DNA of 62,679 nt, filler included, from Chiloscyllium plagiosum (lineage: Eukaryota): NCBI RefSeq assembly GCF_004010195.1. It is 4 parts of one record of this genome, joined end to end, with 100 filler letters (N's around TTAATTAATTAA, not from the genome) between each part and the next. Parts side by side here need not be neighbours in the genome. Positions count along the whole stretch, not along the records: positions 13,677 to 41,801 come from NC_057716.1; 3 more parts are not named here. One strand, given 5' to 3'. A program made the translations under genes and the position numbers. Numbering within the stretch: the first letter of the stretch is position 1; the number at the start of each line of letters is the position of its first letter. Below the pieces are notes generated by a model. It ran no database searches. It was not told the origin of the DNA and saw only the letters and a list, made by a program, of their open reading frames with translations. Shown in pieces: positions 13,577-26,336 of this stretch.

Positions 13577-13676
13577 NNNNNNNNNNNNNNNNNNNNNNNN
13601 NNNNNNNNNNNNNNNNNNNNTTAATTAATTAANNNNNNNNNNNNNNNNNNNNNNNNNNNNNNNNNNNNNNNNNNNN
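13577..13676. other. Artificial assembly linker N44-TTAATTAATTAA-N44
   Basis: Exactly 100 bp; identical structure at three sites. Confidence 0.97.
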
Positions 13677-14050
13677 CAGTGTCATCTGTCTCTACTGTTT
13701 CCAAACGATTCAACTTGTTCCTGACAGGTACTTCTCTCGGGGTGTCTTGCACCTGTCTCCTCTCTGCCTTCCTCATCATTTGCTCTCTTCTGCTCTCTTC
13801 TGGCATGATTGGTGTAATAACCTCGCTGAAGGTCTTGTCCAGAAAGATTTCGTTCTCTCGGATGAGCCTAAGGTCCTCGAGTTCTTTCATCAGTGCTGCA
13901 ATATACTCGGTCAATAGCTGAATGTGCACACACTTTCCACACATATACGAACCAGACACACCAGAGTCGTTGACCTCCCACATCAAGCACGTAGCGCACT
14001 GAACCAGCTGGGCAGTCATGTCTTCACCCTCTTCAACTGTGGCGTAATCA
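13677..14050 (-). mobile_element. CR1 ORF1 N-terminal region (zinc-finger-like plus coiled coil)
   Basis: VQCATCLMWEV...YMCGKC...LMKELEDLRLIRENEIFLD. Confidence 0.7.
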
Positions 14051-14084
14051 CTTCACTCAACCTCCTTGTCAAAGACTCCTGAGC

Positions 14085-15000
14085 TTTTCGAAAGTTCTTG
14101 CCTAATACCGTCAAAATTGGCCTTTCTCCAATTTAGAACTTCAACTTTTAGATCTGGTCTATCCTCTTCCATCACTATTTTAAATCTAATGGAATTATTG
14201 TTGCAGGCCCCAAAGTGCACCCCCACTAACACCTCAGTCACCTGCCCTGCCTTATTTCCCAAGAGTAGGTCAAGTTTTGCACCTTCTCTTGTAGGTACAT
14301 CCACATACTGAATCAGAAAATTTTCTTGTACACTCTTCACAAATTCCTCTCCATCTAAACCCTTAACATTATGGCAGTCCCAGTCTATGTTTGGAAAGTT
14401 AGAACCCCTACCATAACCACCCTATTATTCTTATAGCTGAGATCTCAGTACAAGTTTGTTTCTCGATTTCTCTCTGACTATTAGGGGGTCTATAATACAA
14501 TCCCAATAAGGTGATCATCCCTTTCTTATTTCTCAGTTCCACCCAAATAACTTCCCTGGATGTATTTCCGGGAATATCATTCCCTCAGCACAGCTGTAAT
14601 GCTATCCCTTATCAAGAACGCCACTCCCCCTCCTCTCTTGCCTCACTTTATATTCTTCCTGTAGCATTTGTACCCTGGAACAGTCCTGCCCATTCCTGAG
14701 CCATGTTTCTGTAATTGCTATGATATCCCAGTCCCATGTTACTAACCATGCCCTGAGTTCACCTGCCTTCCCTGTTAGGCCCCTTGCATTGAAATAAATG
14801 CAGTTTAATTTATCACTCCTACCTTGCCCCTGCCTGCCCCGACTGTTTGACTCACTTCTGTTCTCAAATGTACCAGTCGCAGATTGATTTCTTTCCTCAC
14901 TATCTCTCTGGGTCCCACCTCCCCACTTACTAGTTTAAATCCTCCCGAGCAGCTCTAGCAAATCTCCCTGCTAGTATATTAGTCCCCTTCCAATTTAGGT
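14085..15000 (-). mobile_element. CR1 LINE endonuclease region
   Basis: VQENFLIQYVDVPTREGAKLDLLLGN. Confidence 0.88.
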
Positions 15001-15503
15001 ACAGTACGTCCGACATTAATAAATCAAATCAATTTAAAATTAAGGTATTGCCTATATAAAAACAGAGGTGATATCTTTTCTCAGATTATTGTTCAACCGT
15101 GGAATTCTCTTCCCAAGACGGCAATGCAAGCAGCATCAATTAATTTATTTTAAGGCCAAGGTAGCAGGACTCCTGATATAAAGGGAGTCAAAAGGGTTTA
15201 GGTAGTAGACTGAAAAATAAATGTTGAGGCCACCATCAGTTCAGCTACAAACATACCAGGAACCAGGTATCCTGCTCCTGATTCTTAGTTTCATATGCAT
15301 CACCAACTGGATATCAGGTGGCTCTCTAGCTGAGGGGGAGGGTGGGACACTCTACTCAGATTAGAATTAAATGAGGGCCTTCCACCTGGGTGAGAAATAG
15401 GTTCATGAATATTTGTGAAAATCTGATTTAATTTCACTGATATGAAAGATACAAATTGAACAACGTTTGATGGCATATTGCTAACATATTGCAATAAACT
15501 TAC

Positions 15504-15561
15504 TAGAGCCATTGTGTGCCCAGGTTGAACAGTGAATGATATGCCATGCAAGATTTCCTTT
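15504..15561 (-). CDS. ABCB6: ABCB6 coding exon (about exon 13)
   Basis: cttacag|...|gtaagt; 58 bp, phase 2 to 0; (G)KEILHGISFTVQPGHTMAL. Confidence 0.95.
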
Positions 15562-16733
15562 CTGTAAGAGAAAAATATTAAAATGTTAATGGGATTAGGA
15601 GACCATCGTTGATTGAGAATTACACTGTCCCATTTGTCTGAAACCGCTTTGCGCTCCTCGGTGCCAAATGCGGCCTTCCTCCAAAGACAGCATTGTGATC
15701 ATGAATATCTACCACCCAAATAATATTATACAGGTTTTCAAATATTCAAGTAAATCAGCAACCTCCAACACATTGAAAACTTACACATGGAAATGCAGTA
15801 TCGGGCAAACCTATAATCATTTAATTTTTAAAGATGCTTTTACTTGACAGTTTATTCATTTTTACATTTCTACTACTAAGTATTGGTTCAGAAAATGAGG
15901 TTAGTACTCACATAATTTAAAAAAAATAAAACCACTATCCCTCTTAAATTATCCCACTCACCAATTACCCATCATTGTTGGTCTTGCTGCCTGACTCTCA
16001 AATGACCATTCACAGATTTAAATCCCTTTAGCCTAGCTAATATATTTAAAACAGGCAGTTGGCATAATCTGCTAGAGTTCAAATTTGAGATTGAACTAGT
16101 AAATACAGGCTCCCCAGTTGCCATTATTTAGTTCAACTTACAGAAAGCATTTGATAAAGTTCCCACTGTGAAACTTCAAAGACTGAAATTCATGCACATT
16201 AGTTAGATACTGAAAACCAGCTTTCACAGCAGGAAATGGAACACGGAAAGTAATAACTCTTTTACTAACATGTTTTTTTTTTGCATTGCAAAGATTTATT
16301 AATCACACCAAGAAATGTCCAATTTGATTTATTGTTGTCACATGTACCTAAGTACAGTGAAAAGTGTCATTCTGTGTGGGGTACAGGCAGATCATAGCAT
16401 ACAAAGTGCATTAGGGTAATAGAACAGAATATGACAAGGTAAGAGATGTGAGAGAACAGCATGCTAAATTTGTTAAGCAGCTGTTTGCTTGGATTTAATG
16501 TAATGGAATTTAAAATATGATACATTTTTGGTATGATACCATTGGGTATAAAGGGAAAGAATTTACTGAGTATGATAGAAGTAGAGAGCAGGATTGCAGA
16601 GATAGAATATGTAACAATATGACCTCAGCTGTGAGTTGGTCCTGATCCTGCTGACTGAGGGAATTAGTCAGCAGTAATGCTCTGGAGGATAAATTCCTGG
16701 ACAGTGTACATGTTGGGTTTCTAGAACAATATG

Positions 16734-17225
16734 GAGAAAGTGAGGACTGTAGATGCTGGAGATCAGAGTCAAAAGGTGTGGCGCTGGAAAAGCACAGCCG
16801 GTCAGGCAGCATCCGAGGAGCAGGAGAGTCAACATTTCGAGCATAAGCCCTTCATTCAGGAATGTTGGGTGGGGGGGCCCCAAGGGAGCTGAGAGATAAA
16901 TGGGAGGGGGCTGGGACTGTGGGGAAGGTAGCTGGGAATGCAATAGGTAGATGAAGTTGGGGGTTGATGGTGATAAGGCAGAAGGACATCTTCCTTCCCA
17001 TCTATCTGCTCCACCCTCCATTCCGACCTATCATCATCACCCCCCACTTCATCTACCTATTGCATTCCCAGCTACCTTCCCCACAGTCCCAGCCCCCTCC
17101 CATTTATCTCTCAGCCCCCTTGGGCCCCTCACTCAACATTCGTGATGAAGGGCTTATGCTCGAAATGTCGACTCTCCTGCTCCTCGGATGCTGCCTGACC
17201 GGCTGTGCTTTATCAGCACCACATA
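16734..17225. mobile_element. Fold-back PLE 3'-end element with about 200-bp inverted arms (family A)
   Basis: Arms near 16776-16978 and 17028-17223 are reverse complements; TSD agaacaatatg at 16723-16733 and 17236-17246. Confidence 0.85.
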
Positions 17226-17909
17226 TTTTCATTCCAGAACAATATGTTGAGAAGGCAACTAAAGGTTGGGTTATTTTTGGATTTTCTTTTATTCATTCAA
17301 GTTATGTCGACTTTGTTGCCTGGGCAAGCCTTTATTGCCTATTCCTAATTGCCCTAAAGACAATGTTGAGCTGTCTTTGTAAACCACTGCAGTCCATTTG
17401 CCACTAGGGCAAGAGACCCAGGATCATGACTGAGTAACAGTGAAAGAATGGTGATATATTTCCAAGTCAGGATGGTGAGGGGTTTGGAGAAAAACTTGCA
17501 GGTAGTGGTGTCCCCATGTATCACATTCCACGTGGAAGTGAGGCACAGAGGATATTAACTATCATTGTATTAAATGGAGGGTAGGCTTGTAGGGCTGAAC
17601 TGCCTACTCCTGCCTCTAGCTCTTATGTTCTTATTAACTGCCCTTATCCTTCTAGATGTCAGTGGTTCAGAGTTTGAAAGATGCTATCTAAGGAGGATTG
17701 GTAAATTTCTGCAGTGCATTTTGGAGATGGCATACACAGCTGCTACTGAGCATCAGTGGTGGAGGGAATAAACATTTGTGGGTGTTGTTCCAATTGAGCA
17801 GTTTGCTTTGTCCTCTCGAGTGTTACTGGACTCATCATGCAACCTCCTAGATTGAACGTGACCAATCAGACAGCAATTTTCTGCAAGCCTGCTGTAGTTG
17901 TCCTTTTGG

Positions 17910-18086
17910 GAAGAAAGTGAGGTCTGCAGTTGCTGGAGATCAGAGCTGAAAATGTGTTGCTGGAACAGCGCAGCAGGTCAGGCAGTATCCAGGGAACAGG
18001 AAAATCGACATTTCGGGCATAAGCCTTCCTGAAGAAGGGCTTATGCCCGAAACGTCGATTCTCCTGTTCCCTGGATGCTGCCTGAC
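17910..18086. mobile_element. Short fold-back PLE-terminus element (family A)
   Basis: Head-to-head hammerhead hairpins; 18-bp TSD ctgtagttgtccttttgg at 17892-17909 and 18087-18104. Confidence 0.85.
18029..18056 (+). ncRNA. Minimal hammerhead ribozyme motif (family A)
   Basis: CTGAAGA-A-GGGC TTAT GCCC-GAAAC-GTC. Confidence 0.75.
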
Positions 18087-18314
18087 CTGTAGTTGTCCTT
18101 TTGGATGATACAGTTGTGGGTGACAGAGAAGGTGTCTGAGAAGCCTTAGTGAGTTAGTACAGTGCATTTACCACTGTGCATTGGTGATAAAGGGAGTGAA
18201 TTTGGATGTAACTGCTTTTTCTTGGATGGTGTTAACCTTCTTGATTGTTACTGAAGATGCACCTATCCAGGCAAAAGAAGCATATTCTATCACTCTTATG
18301 ACCTGTGCCTTGTA

Positions 18315-20745
18315 CCATCCCCTGAACCTGATGGACTGAATCCTAAGAAGTCAAAGGAAGTAGCTACAGTGGACGCATGATGATAATCTTCCAGGAATCC
18401 ATTGATTCTGGAAAAGTCCAAAAGCACTAGAAAATTGTCCATATAACATCTGTATTCAAAGAGGGAGATCGAGTAAAGGTAACTGTAGGCTTGTTAGCTT
18501 AAAAATTATTATTGGGAAAACTTTAGAGTCAACTCTAAAGGAGGTAATAGCAGAGCATTTAGAAATACATAGTATAATTAAGCAGAATCAGCACAGCTTC
18601 AAGAAGGGGAAAGTTATTACAGTTCTTTGAGGAGGTAACATGAAAGTTAGATAAAGGGCAATCAATTAATGTAATATATTTGGATTTCCAAAAAGCATTC
18701 AATAAGATATCACACATAAGGCAACTTAGAGGATAAGAGCCAATGGTGTCAGGGGTAGTATATTAGCATTGATAGAGGATTGACGAACTAATAAAAGGCA
18801 AAGAGTTGGAATAAAGAAAACACTTTTATGATGGCAATAGTGGAGTGCCAGAGGAATCAGTGCTGGGGCTACAATTATTTACAAATAAGCTTCAGTGTGT
18901 TTCAGAAATGTTAAAGAAGTGGGCAAAGACATGGCAGATGAAATAAAAGGTAAAGTTGCCACAGACCATACAAGTGCTTTGTCAATACAGAGACACGACT
19001 GGTGATTGTTTTTACCTAACCTGAGAGTTACCTTGTCTCAGGTGTTGGGAGAGGTTAAGAAGGAGAGTCCTTCTTGGTATGGGAATTGAACCCATGTTGT
19101 TGGCATCACTTTGCTTTGCCAACCAGCTGTCCAGCCAACTATGCTAACTGACTCCTAGGTGGTTACAGTATGATGTGTATAAGTGTGACGTTATCCACTT
19201 TGATAGCAGGCAGGCAGATTTTCATCTGAATGACGATAAATTTGGAAAGTGGGTGATGCAACAAGACCTGGGAGCCTTTGTGCACCAGTCACTGAAAGTA
19301 AGCACGCAGATGCAGCGGGGGGTGAAGAAGGCAAATGATAATGTTGGGTTTCATAGTGAAAGAATTCAATGACGGGAGCTGGGATATCTTGCTGCAACTT
19401 TACAGGGCACTGGTAAGATTACACCTTGAATACTGCATGCAGTTTTGGTCTCCTTAGCTGAGGAACGATATCCTGGTTATTGAGGGAGTGTATAGCAGAC
19501 TGTTTACCAGACTGATTCCTGGGACTGCAGGACTGTCATATGGGCAGAGATTGGCTTGGTTAGGACAAGTTCACTAGAGTTTAGAAGAATGAGGATGGAT
19601 CTCACAGAAACCTATTCAATTTTAACAGGATTGATGAGGGAAGAGCGGTAGATGTGACCTATATGGACTTCAGTAAGGTGTTCGACAAGATTCCCCATGG
19701 GAGACTGATTAGCAAGGTTAGATCTCACTGAATACAGGGAGAACTAGCCATTTGGATACAGAACTGGCTCAAAGATAGAAGACAGAGGGTGGTGGTGGAG
19801 GGTTGTTTTTCAGAATAGAGGCCTGTGACCAATGGGGTGCCACAAGGATCGGTGCTGGGTCCTCTACTTTTTGTCATTTAAATAAAAGATCTGGATGCGA
19901 GCATAACAGGCATAGTTAGTAAGTTTGCAGATGACACCAAAATTGAAGGTGTGGTGGACAGCGAAGAAGGTTACCTCGGATTACAATGGGATCTTGATCA
20001 GATGAGCCAAAGGGCTGAGAAGTGGCAGATGGAGTTTAATTCAGATAAATGCAAGGTGCTGCATTTTGGCAAAGCAAATCTTAGAAGGACGTATACACTT
20101 AATGGTAAGGCAAAAGTGAGGACTACAGATGCTGGAAATCAGAGTGTAGATTAGAGTGGTGCTGGAAAAGCACAGCAGGTCAGGCAGCATCCGAGGANNN
20201 NNNNNNNNNNNNNNNNNNNNNNNNNNNNNNNNNNNNNNNNNNNNNNNNNNNNNNNNNNNNNNNNNNNNNNNNNNNNNNNNNNNTGCCAGGGTTGGAGGAT
20301 TTGAGCTATAGGGAGAGGCTGAATAGACTGGAATGGTTTTCCCTCGAGCATCAGAGGCTGAGGGGCGACCTTATAGAGGTTTGAAAATTATGAGGGGCAT
20401 GGATAGGATAAATAGACAAACTCTTTTCCCAGGAGTGGGGGAGTCCAGAACTAGAGGGCATTGGTTTAGGGTGAGAGGGGAAAGATATAAAAGAGACCTA
20501 AGGGACAACACTTTCATGCAGAGGGTGATACGTGTCTGGAATGAGCTGCCAGAGGATGTGGTGGAGGCTGATACAATTGCAACATTTAAGAGGCATTTGG
20601 ATGGGTATATGAATAGGAAGGGTTTGGAGGGATATGGGCCGGGTGCTGGCAGGTGGGACTAGATTGGGTTGGGATATCTGGTCGGCATGGACAGGTTGGA
20701 CCGAAGGGTCTGTTTCCATGCTGTACGTCTCTCTGACTCTATGAG
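18315..20745 (+). mobile_element. Nested CR1 LINE fragments (older copy plus younger RT-to-tail copy from about 19630; includes N gap 20198-20283)
   Basis: MDFSKVFDK, GVPQGSVLGP, KFADDTK, WQMEFN..KCKVLHFG; CR1 tail. Confidence 0.85.
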
Positions 20746-21731
20746 GATTAGACTGGGTATGTCCAGGAAAGATGTTCTTGATGACCGGGCAGTCCAGAAT
20801 TTTGAGTCACGGTTTCTGAATAAAGCCTTTCAGAACAGACGAGAAGAAATATCTTCATCCAGATAGTGGTGATAATGTGGAAATCTCTGCCAGAGAATAT
20901 GGTTGGGACCAAAACACTGAATGTTTTCAAGGAAGATGCAGATAGCTTGCTTAGGACTAAAGGAATCAAAGAAATGGGGTGAAAGTGGAACAGGGGACAG
21001 AGTTGAATGATCAGCCGTGAAGAGCTGAATGGCCGACTCCCGCTCCTATACTCTTCATTTTTATGTTCAGCAGAGTTTTAATCAAATGAGGGAATGAAGG
21101 GTTATAAGGGTAAGGCAGAAAATTGGAATTGAGGTTTCTCAGATCAGCAATGATCTCACTCAGTGACAGGGGAGATTTGATGAGCCCAATGGGCTAATTC
21201 TGCTCTTATGCCTTTGGTGTACTGGCATTGATTCGACAATCAAGTGATGAGTTTCACATTGCAGAATTCCTAGCTTCTGACTTTCTGTTCTACCACACGA
21301 TATCCGCAGTTTAGCTTCTGGTCAAGTGTAACACCCAAGAAGTTGATAAAAGAGATTCATTGATGGTAATATCATTGAGTGTCAAAGGTATGGGTTAGAT
21401 ACTCTCTTGTTTGAGATAACTGCCTGTCACTTATGTGACACAACGGATACTTGGCACTTGTCAGCTCAAGCCTGAACACTTTCCAGGTCTTGATACCTAT
21501 GAACATGAGCTGCTTCATGGTTTGAGGAGCCGCGAATGCTATTGAATGTTGTGTAATCATCAGCAGACATTTCCACTTTTGACCTTATGGAGGGGAGGAA
21601 ATTGATAAAGCAGTGAAGATAGTTGGACAGAGGAAACTACCCCAAGGAAATGCTGCTGTGATTTCTTGGGACGGAGATGATTGACCTTAAACAACCAAAA
21701 CCATCTTCCTTTGTGCATATTATTCACTTAC

Positions 21732-21817
21732 CCATCAACATAGCTAAAATAAACTTCATCAAACTCCACCTTTCCAACTTTGAAAATAAGATCTGCTGCA
21801 TTGATGTCATCAGTAAT
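21732..21817 (-). CDS. ABCB6: ABCB6 coding exon, linker and start of nucleotide-binding domain (about exon 12)
   Basis: ttttcag|...|gtaagt; 86 bp, phase 0 to 2; ITDDINAADLIFKVGKVEFDEVYFSYVD(G). Confidence 0.93.
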
Positions 21818-21889
21818 CTGAAAATATAGAATGATCATCTTCAGTGTGTTTATTTATACATGACAAAGCGATTCTCTCTCTCACTGTTC

Positions 21890-22420
21890 CCTGTACACAA
21901 CAACATCTGTACTTCCTCAGGAGGCTAAGGAAATTTGGCACGTCCGTAAGGACTCTTACCAATTTTTATAGATACACCAGAGGAAGCATTGTATCTGGAT
22001 GTATCACTGCTTGGTATCACAATTGCTCTTCCCAGGACTAGAAGAAACTAGAGACTTGTGAACACAGCCCAGTCCATCACACAAACCAACCATCCATCTA
22101 TTGACTCCAACTGTCCTTCCCACTGCCTCAGGAAAGCAAAATCAATATAATCAAAGACCCTTCCCACCCCAGTTATACTCTTTTCCTCCTTCTTCCGTCT
22201 GGCAGAAGATATAAACATTTGAATACACCTATAAACAGATTCAAAAACAGCTTCTCAAATGTTAATTCTGAACTCTCTCTGCACCTTCTGTGGCTGTAAC
22301 ATTGTACTCTGCATCTGTTAGCCTGATGTACTTCGTATGGTTTGATCTGTCTGTATAGCATGCAAAACAAAACTTTCCCCTGTACCTCGTACATGTGACA
22401 ACAATAAATCAAACTCAAAC
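21890..22420 (+). mobile_element. Rex1/Babar-type LINE 3' end
   Basis: QQHLYFLRRLRKFG...TNFYR...SGCITAWY; tail acatgtgacaacaataaa. Confidence 0.75.
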
Positions 22421-22689
22421 CTACCACCTGACAGGTTTAAACAAAGGTTTCTCAACTGCTTCTCGATGTAAAGTGCCTGAGTTAACCGGATAGGGGAGGG
22501 GACAGACGGACTGGTGAACAAGTTTTTTTTTCCTTATGGGTGACCTTACAAAGGTCTTTATAACTTATGATGGAGGCTTCATGATATAAGGTAATCACTA
22601 ATAAATCCAATGAGGTCTTCAGGAGATCCTACTTTATCCAGAGTAGCGAGAATGTGAACGTAGGGATGACGCACACAGACTGCAAGCAT

Positions 22690-23075
22690 TATAGAAGCCC
22701 GACAGTGTGGAAGCAGGCCATTTAGCCCATTAAGACCACATGACCCTCTGAACAGCATTCCACCCAGACCCACCGCATCCCTGTAACCCTGATACAGTGA
22801 AAGGGGTTGATTTGCGGGCTATACAGGCAAATCATACCATACATGGCTAATCCATCTAGTCTGCACATCCCTGGGCATTATTGGGCAATTTAGTATGGTC
22901 AATCCACCAAACCTGTACATATTCGAACTGTTAGAGGAAACCGGAGCACCCAGAGGAAACCCACACAGACACGAGGAGAATGTGCAAACTCCACAGTCAT
23001 CTGAGGCTTGAATCGAACCTCGGTCCTTGGTGCTGTGAGGCAGCAGTGCTAACGACTGAGCCACCATGCCACTCC
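22690..23075 (-). mobile_element. tRNA-derived SINE (elasmobranch HE1-like)
   Basis: Reverse complement ggtggctcagtcgttagcactgctgcctcacag...ggttcgattc (A and B boxes). Confidence 0.85.
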
Positions 23076-23289
23076 CATGAAGTCTCATGCCAGGCATAAA
23101 TGCTGCTATGGATATGGTAGCCTTCTTCAGATCTGCTCAGGTATCACGGCAGAACCCTGGAGGTTCCAGATCATAGAATCATAGCATCCCTACAGTGTGG
23201 TAAGAGGCCATTTGGTCCATTGAGTCTATACCAACCCTCCGAAGAATATACCAGACCCAGCTCTACTTTACAGAAATGGCACACTGATA

Positions 23290-24140
23290 GAGTTGGGTAC
23301 ATAGCTTGAACTGAATGTCAGTTGAACGTTTGAATATCAAATGAATGACTTGGATGAAAATGTAGGTGTTCTGATCAGTAAGTTTGCAGACAACATGAAA
23401 AATAGTGACATTGTGGGAAACGAGGGAAGTTACCAAAGGATACAGCAGGATAGTTGAGCAGAGAAATGAGTTTAATCCAGACAAGTGTGAGGCATTGCAT
23501 CGCAAGGTCAAATGCAAGAGGATAGTATATAATAAATGGCAGAACCCTGAGGAGCACTGATAGAGAGAAAGATTTCTGCAAGATAGCTTCCTGAAAGTGG
23601 CAACACAGGTGGGTAAGGTGATAAATTCAGCATAAGGCATGCTTACTTTCATTGGACAAAGCAATGAGTACAAAAGTTGGCAACTCATGTTGAAGCTGTA
23701 TAAAACAACTGTCCTTAGGTCACATTTGGAATACTGTGTTCAGTTCTGGTCGCCACACTATAGGAAAGATGTGGACTCTTTGGGGAGAGTGCAAATGTGG
23801 TTTATCATGCTGTTACCTTGATTGGAGTGTATTAGCTAGAAGGAGAGGTTGGACAAACTTGGACTGTTTGCGCTAGAGCACTGGAGGCTTAAGGGTAACC
23901 TAATATAAGTGTATCAAATTATGAGAGGTATTGATAGCGTGGATAGCCGGAGTCTTTTACTCAGGATGGAGATGTTAAATACTAGGGGGTGTAGGTTTAA
24001 AGTGTGAGGAGGAAAGTGTAAAGGAGATGTGCAAGGCAAGGTTTTTATTTACGCAGATGGTGGTAATGCCTGGAATGTGCTGCCAAGGAGGTGGTGGAAG
24101 CAGATAATGAAAGCAATGTTTAATAGGCATTTAGACAGAC
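23290..24140 (+). mobile_element. Degenerate CR1 LINE 3' half
   Basis: KFADN, LRSHLEYCVQFWSPHYRKD. Confidence 0.85.
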
Positions 24141-24733
24141 CCATATTATGGCTAGTTGATGTTCATGTATCCTGGTGGCTATTTTTCTGCCTGTTGTTAC
24201 AGTTCTTGCACGGTATTTTGTAAATGACATTAGTTTTGCTTGTTGTCTGTAAAAGGTCTTTCAAGTTCATTAGCTGCTGTTTTCGTGTGTTGGTGGGTTT
24301 GTGGTTACCATGATGCTAATGGGTCTGAGTAGTCTAATTTGGAGTAAATGTGAGCGACATCACTTTTCAAGATGCTTTACTGGAGTATATGACATAGCAT
24401 GGATCAATTGAAAGAACAACAGGTCACCAAAGACTTGGTGAGGCAGGCAGGTTTAAGTACGTTCATCAATGTTAAACGGGTGACAACATATGAGGGGGGA
24501 ATTCTAAAGCTGAGAGCTTAGGTAGCTGAAGGCCACACAACTTCACTGATGGAGTTACAGAAGCTGCAGATGACAAAGGAGCCAGAACTTAATAAGTACA
24601 GTTACTTTCCAAATGTCTCCTTTTCCTGGAGTGCCAATTTCCCCACTCCAGGTGTTCTGGTCCTCTGTTATTACTCTGTTGCATTGTCACAAGACAAAGT
24701 ATTATTTATTTTTAAGAAAAGCAAGCCACCTAC

Positions 24734-24797
24734 CTCCTGTTCCTCACGGAAGAGATCAAACATGTTCTCCATGTCTATAAATGAACTTTGGATCATC
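24734..24797 (-). CDS. ABCB6: ABCB6 coding exon (about exon 11)
   Basis: caccag|...|gtaggt; 64 bp, phase 2 to 0; (R)MIQSSFIDMENMFDLFREEQE. Confidence 0.95.
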
Positions 24798-24844
24798 CTG
24801 GTGGACAAAGGGGAGAGGAGATTAGACATCTGTAATTAATGCTA

Positions 24845-25190
24845 CAGGGAGATGGTAGCATAATGGCATTGTCACTGGACTAGTGATCCAGAGACCCAAT
24901 GATCTGTGAATATGGTTTTGAATCTCACTTTGACAGAAAGTGAAATCTGAATCAATGAAAATCTGGAATTGAAAGCTAGCTTAATGGCAACCATGTAATC
25001 ACTGCCTATTGTCGTAAAAACTCATATGATTCACTGATGTCCTTTAAGGAAGGAAATCTGCTATCCTTACCTGGTCTGGCTTACCTGTGACTCTAGACCC
25101 TCACCAATATAGCTGACTCTTTACTGCCCTCTCAAATGGCATTAGCTGGTCAGTTCTAGTCCAATTAGAGATGGCAATAAATATCAGCAC
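24845..25190 (+). mobile_element. Older SINE-like repeat (related pieces near 25650-25790 and 52290-52570)
   Basis: Recurrent tcactgatgtcctttaaggaaggaaatctgc...gactctt..ctgccctct; tail resembles the LINE tail near 61480. Confidence 0.6.
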
Positions 25191-26024
25191 AAAAGCTCAG
25201 GTAACTCAAATACGTGCTCATGTCTCAAACTGATTAGATATTACAAAACCTCCAAAAGATTAAGGTGAAAAAGGATATGGAACCTTTGAGAAAAGTTATG
25301 GTCACATCCCTGCAATGTTTGCTTCAACAGAAGAGTCAAGGATCACTCGTCACATTAGCATGGGGACCACAAGACTATAAGGAACAAGACCAGACTGTTC
25401 AGTCCATTGAGATTTGGAAGGATTCGATATTGATTTTCAGATCTAATGAATTCTCTTCTACAGTAAGTCCACTCTATTCATATCTTAGGCAGAAGGTCAC
25501 TTTAACTTCTGTGATTATCAGCATAGTCCAAATTTGTCACAGTGAGCAACTGAATTGGATAAATGAAGGAAGTCCCAGGACTGCCCCTTAAGAAAGAAAC
25601 ATTTGCCTTTCTAGCCACACTAAGAATAACTATGATATTATTGGAGTATAATAAGAATCCCTCTGGTTCACTGATGATCTTCAGTGAATAAAATCTGTAA
25701 TCTGTTTTTGTTAGGTTCACATGTGACTTCTGACTCAATGTGGTTGACTCTTAATTGCCCTCTAAAATTGCCTAGTAAGCCACTCAGTTTTACCAGCCAG
25801 TATAATGAAGTTGAAACACATGAAAACAGATTCAACCATATACCTCGCTATCGAAAGCAATAATGTGTATCCAATCTGGATGACCTTGTAAAGCCCTTAT
25901 TAACAAAGCTCTTATCCTCCTTATTGACAATTTGGGACCTGAACCAAAATTAGAGTCAGCTGTCCTAGACTAGGCAAGCCACAGCCAGACGCAATCATAT
26001 TCACCCAATAATACCTTCTAGCTA

Positions 26025-26336
26025 ACACGGTGGCGCAGTGGTTAGCACTGCTGCCTCACAGTGCCAGAGACCCGGGTTCAATTCCCACCTCAGGCGACTA
26101 ACTGTGTGGAGTTTGCATGTTCTCCCCGTGTCTGCGTGGGTTTCTTCCGGGTGCTCCGGTTTCCTCCCACAGTCCAAAGATGTGTGGGTCAGGTGAATTG
26201 GCCATGCTAAATTGCCTATAGTGTTAGGTAAGGGGTAAATGTAGGGGTATGGGTGGGTTGCGCTTCGGCGGGTTGGTGTGGACTTGTTGGGCCGAAGGGC
26301 CTGTTTCCACACTGTAAGTAATCTAATCTAATCTAA
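26025..26336 (+). mobile_element. tRNA-derived SINE (HE1-like), near full length
   Basis: A box tggcgcagtgg, B box ggttcaattcc, (taatc)n tail. Confidence 0.9.

Noticed and set aside
13621..13632. TTAATTAATTAA palindrome (also at 41846 and 54556) as a biological motif
   Set aside because: Always centred in an exact 100-bp N block with stops in all frames; an assembly linker
26025..26100. tRNA gene
   Set aside because: The A and B boxes continue into a SINE body and tail repeated at least five times in the window
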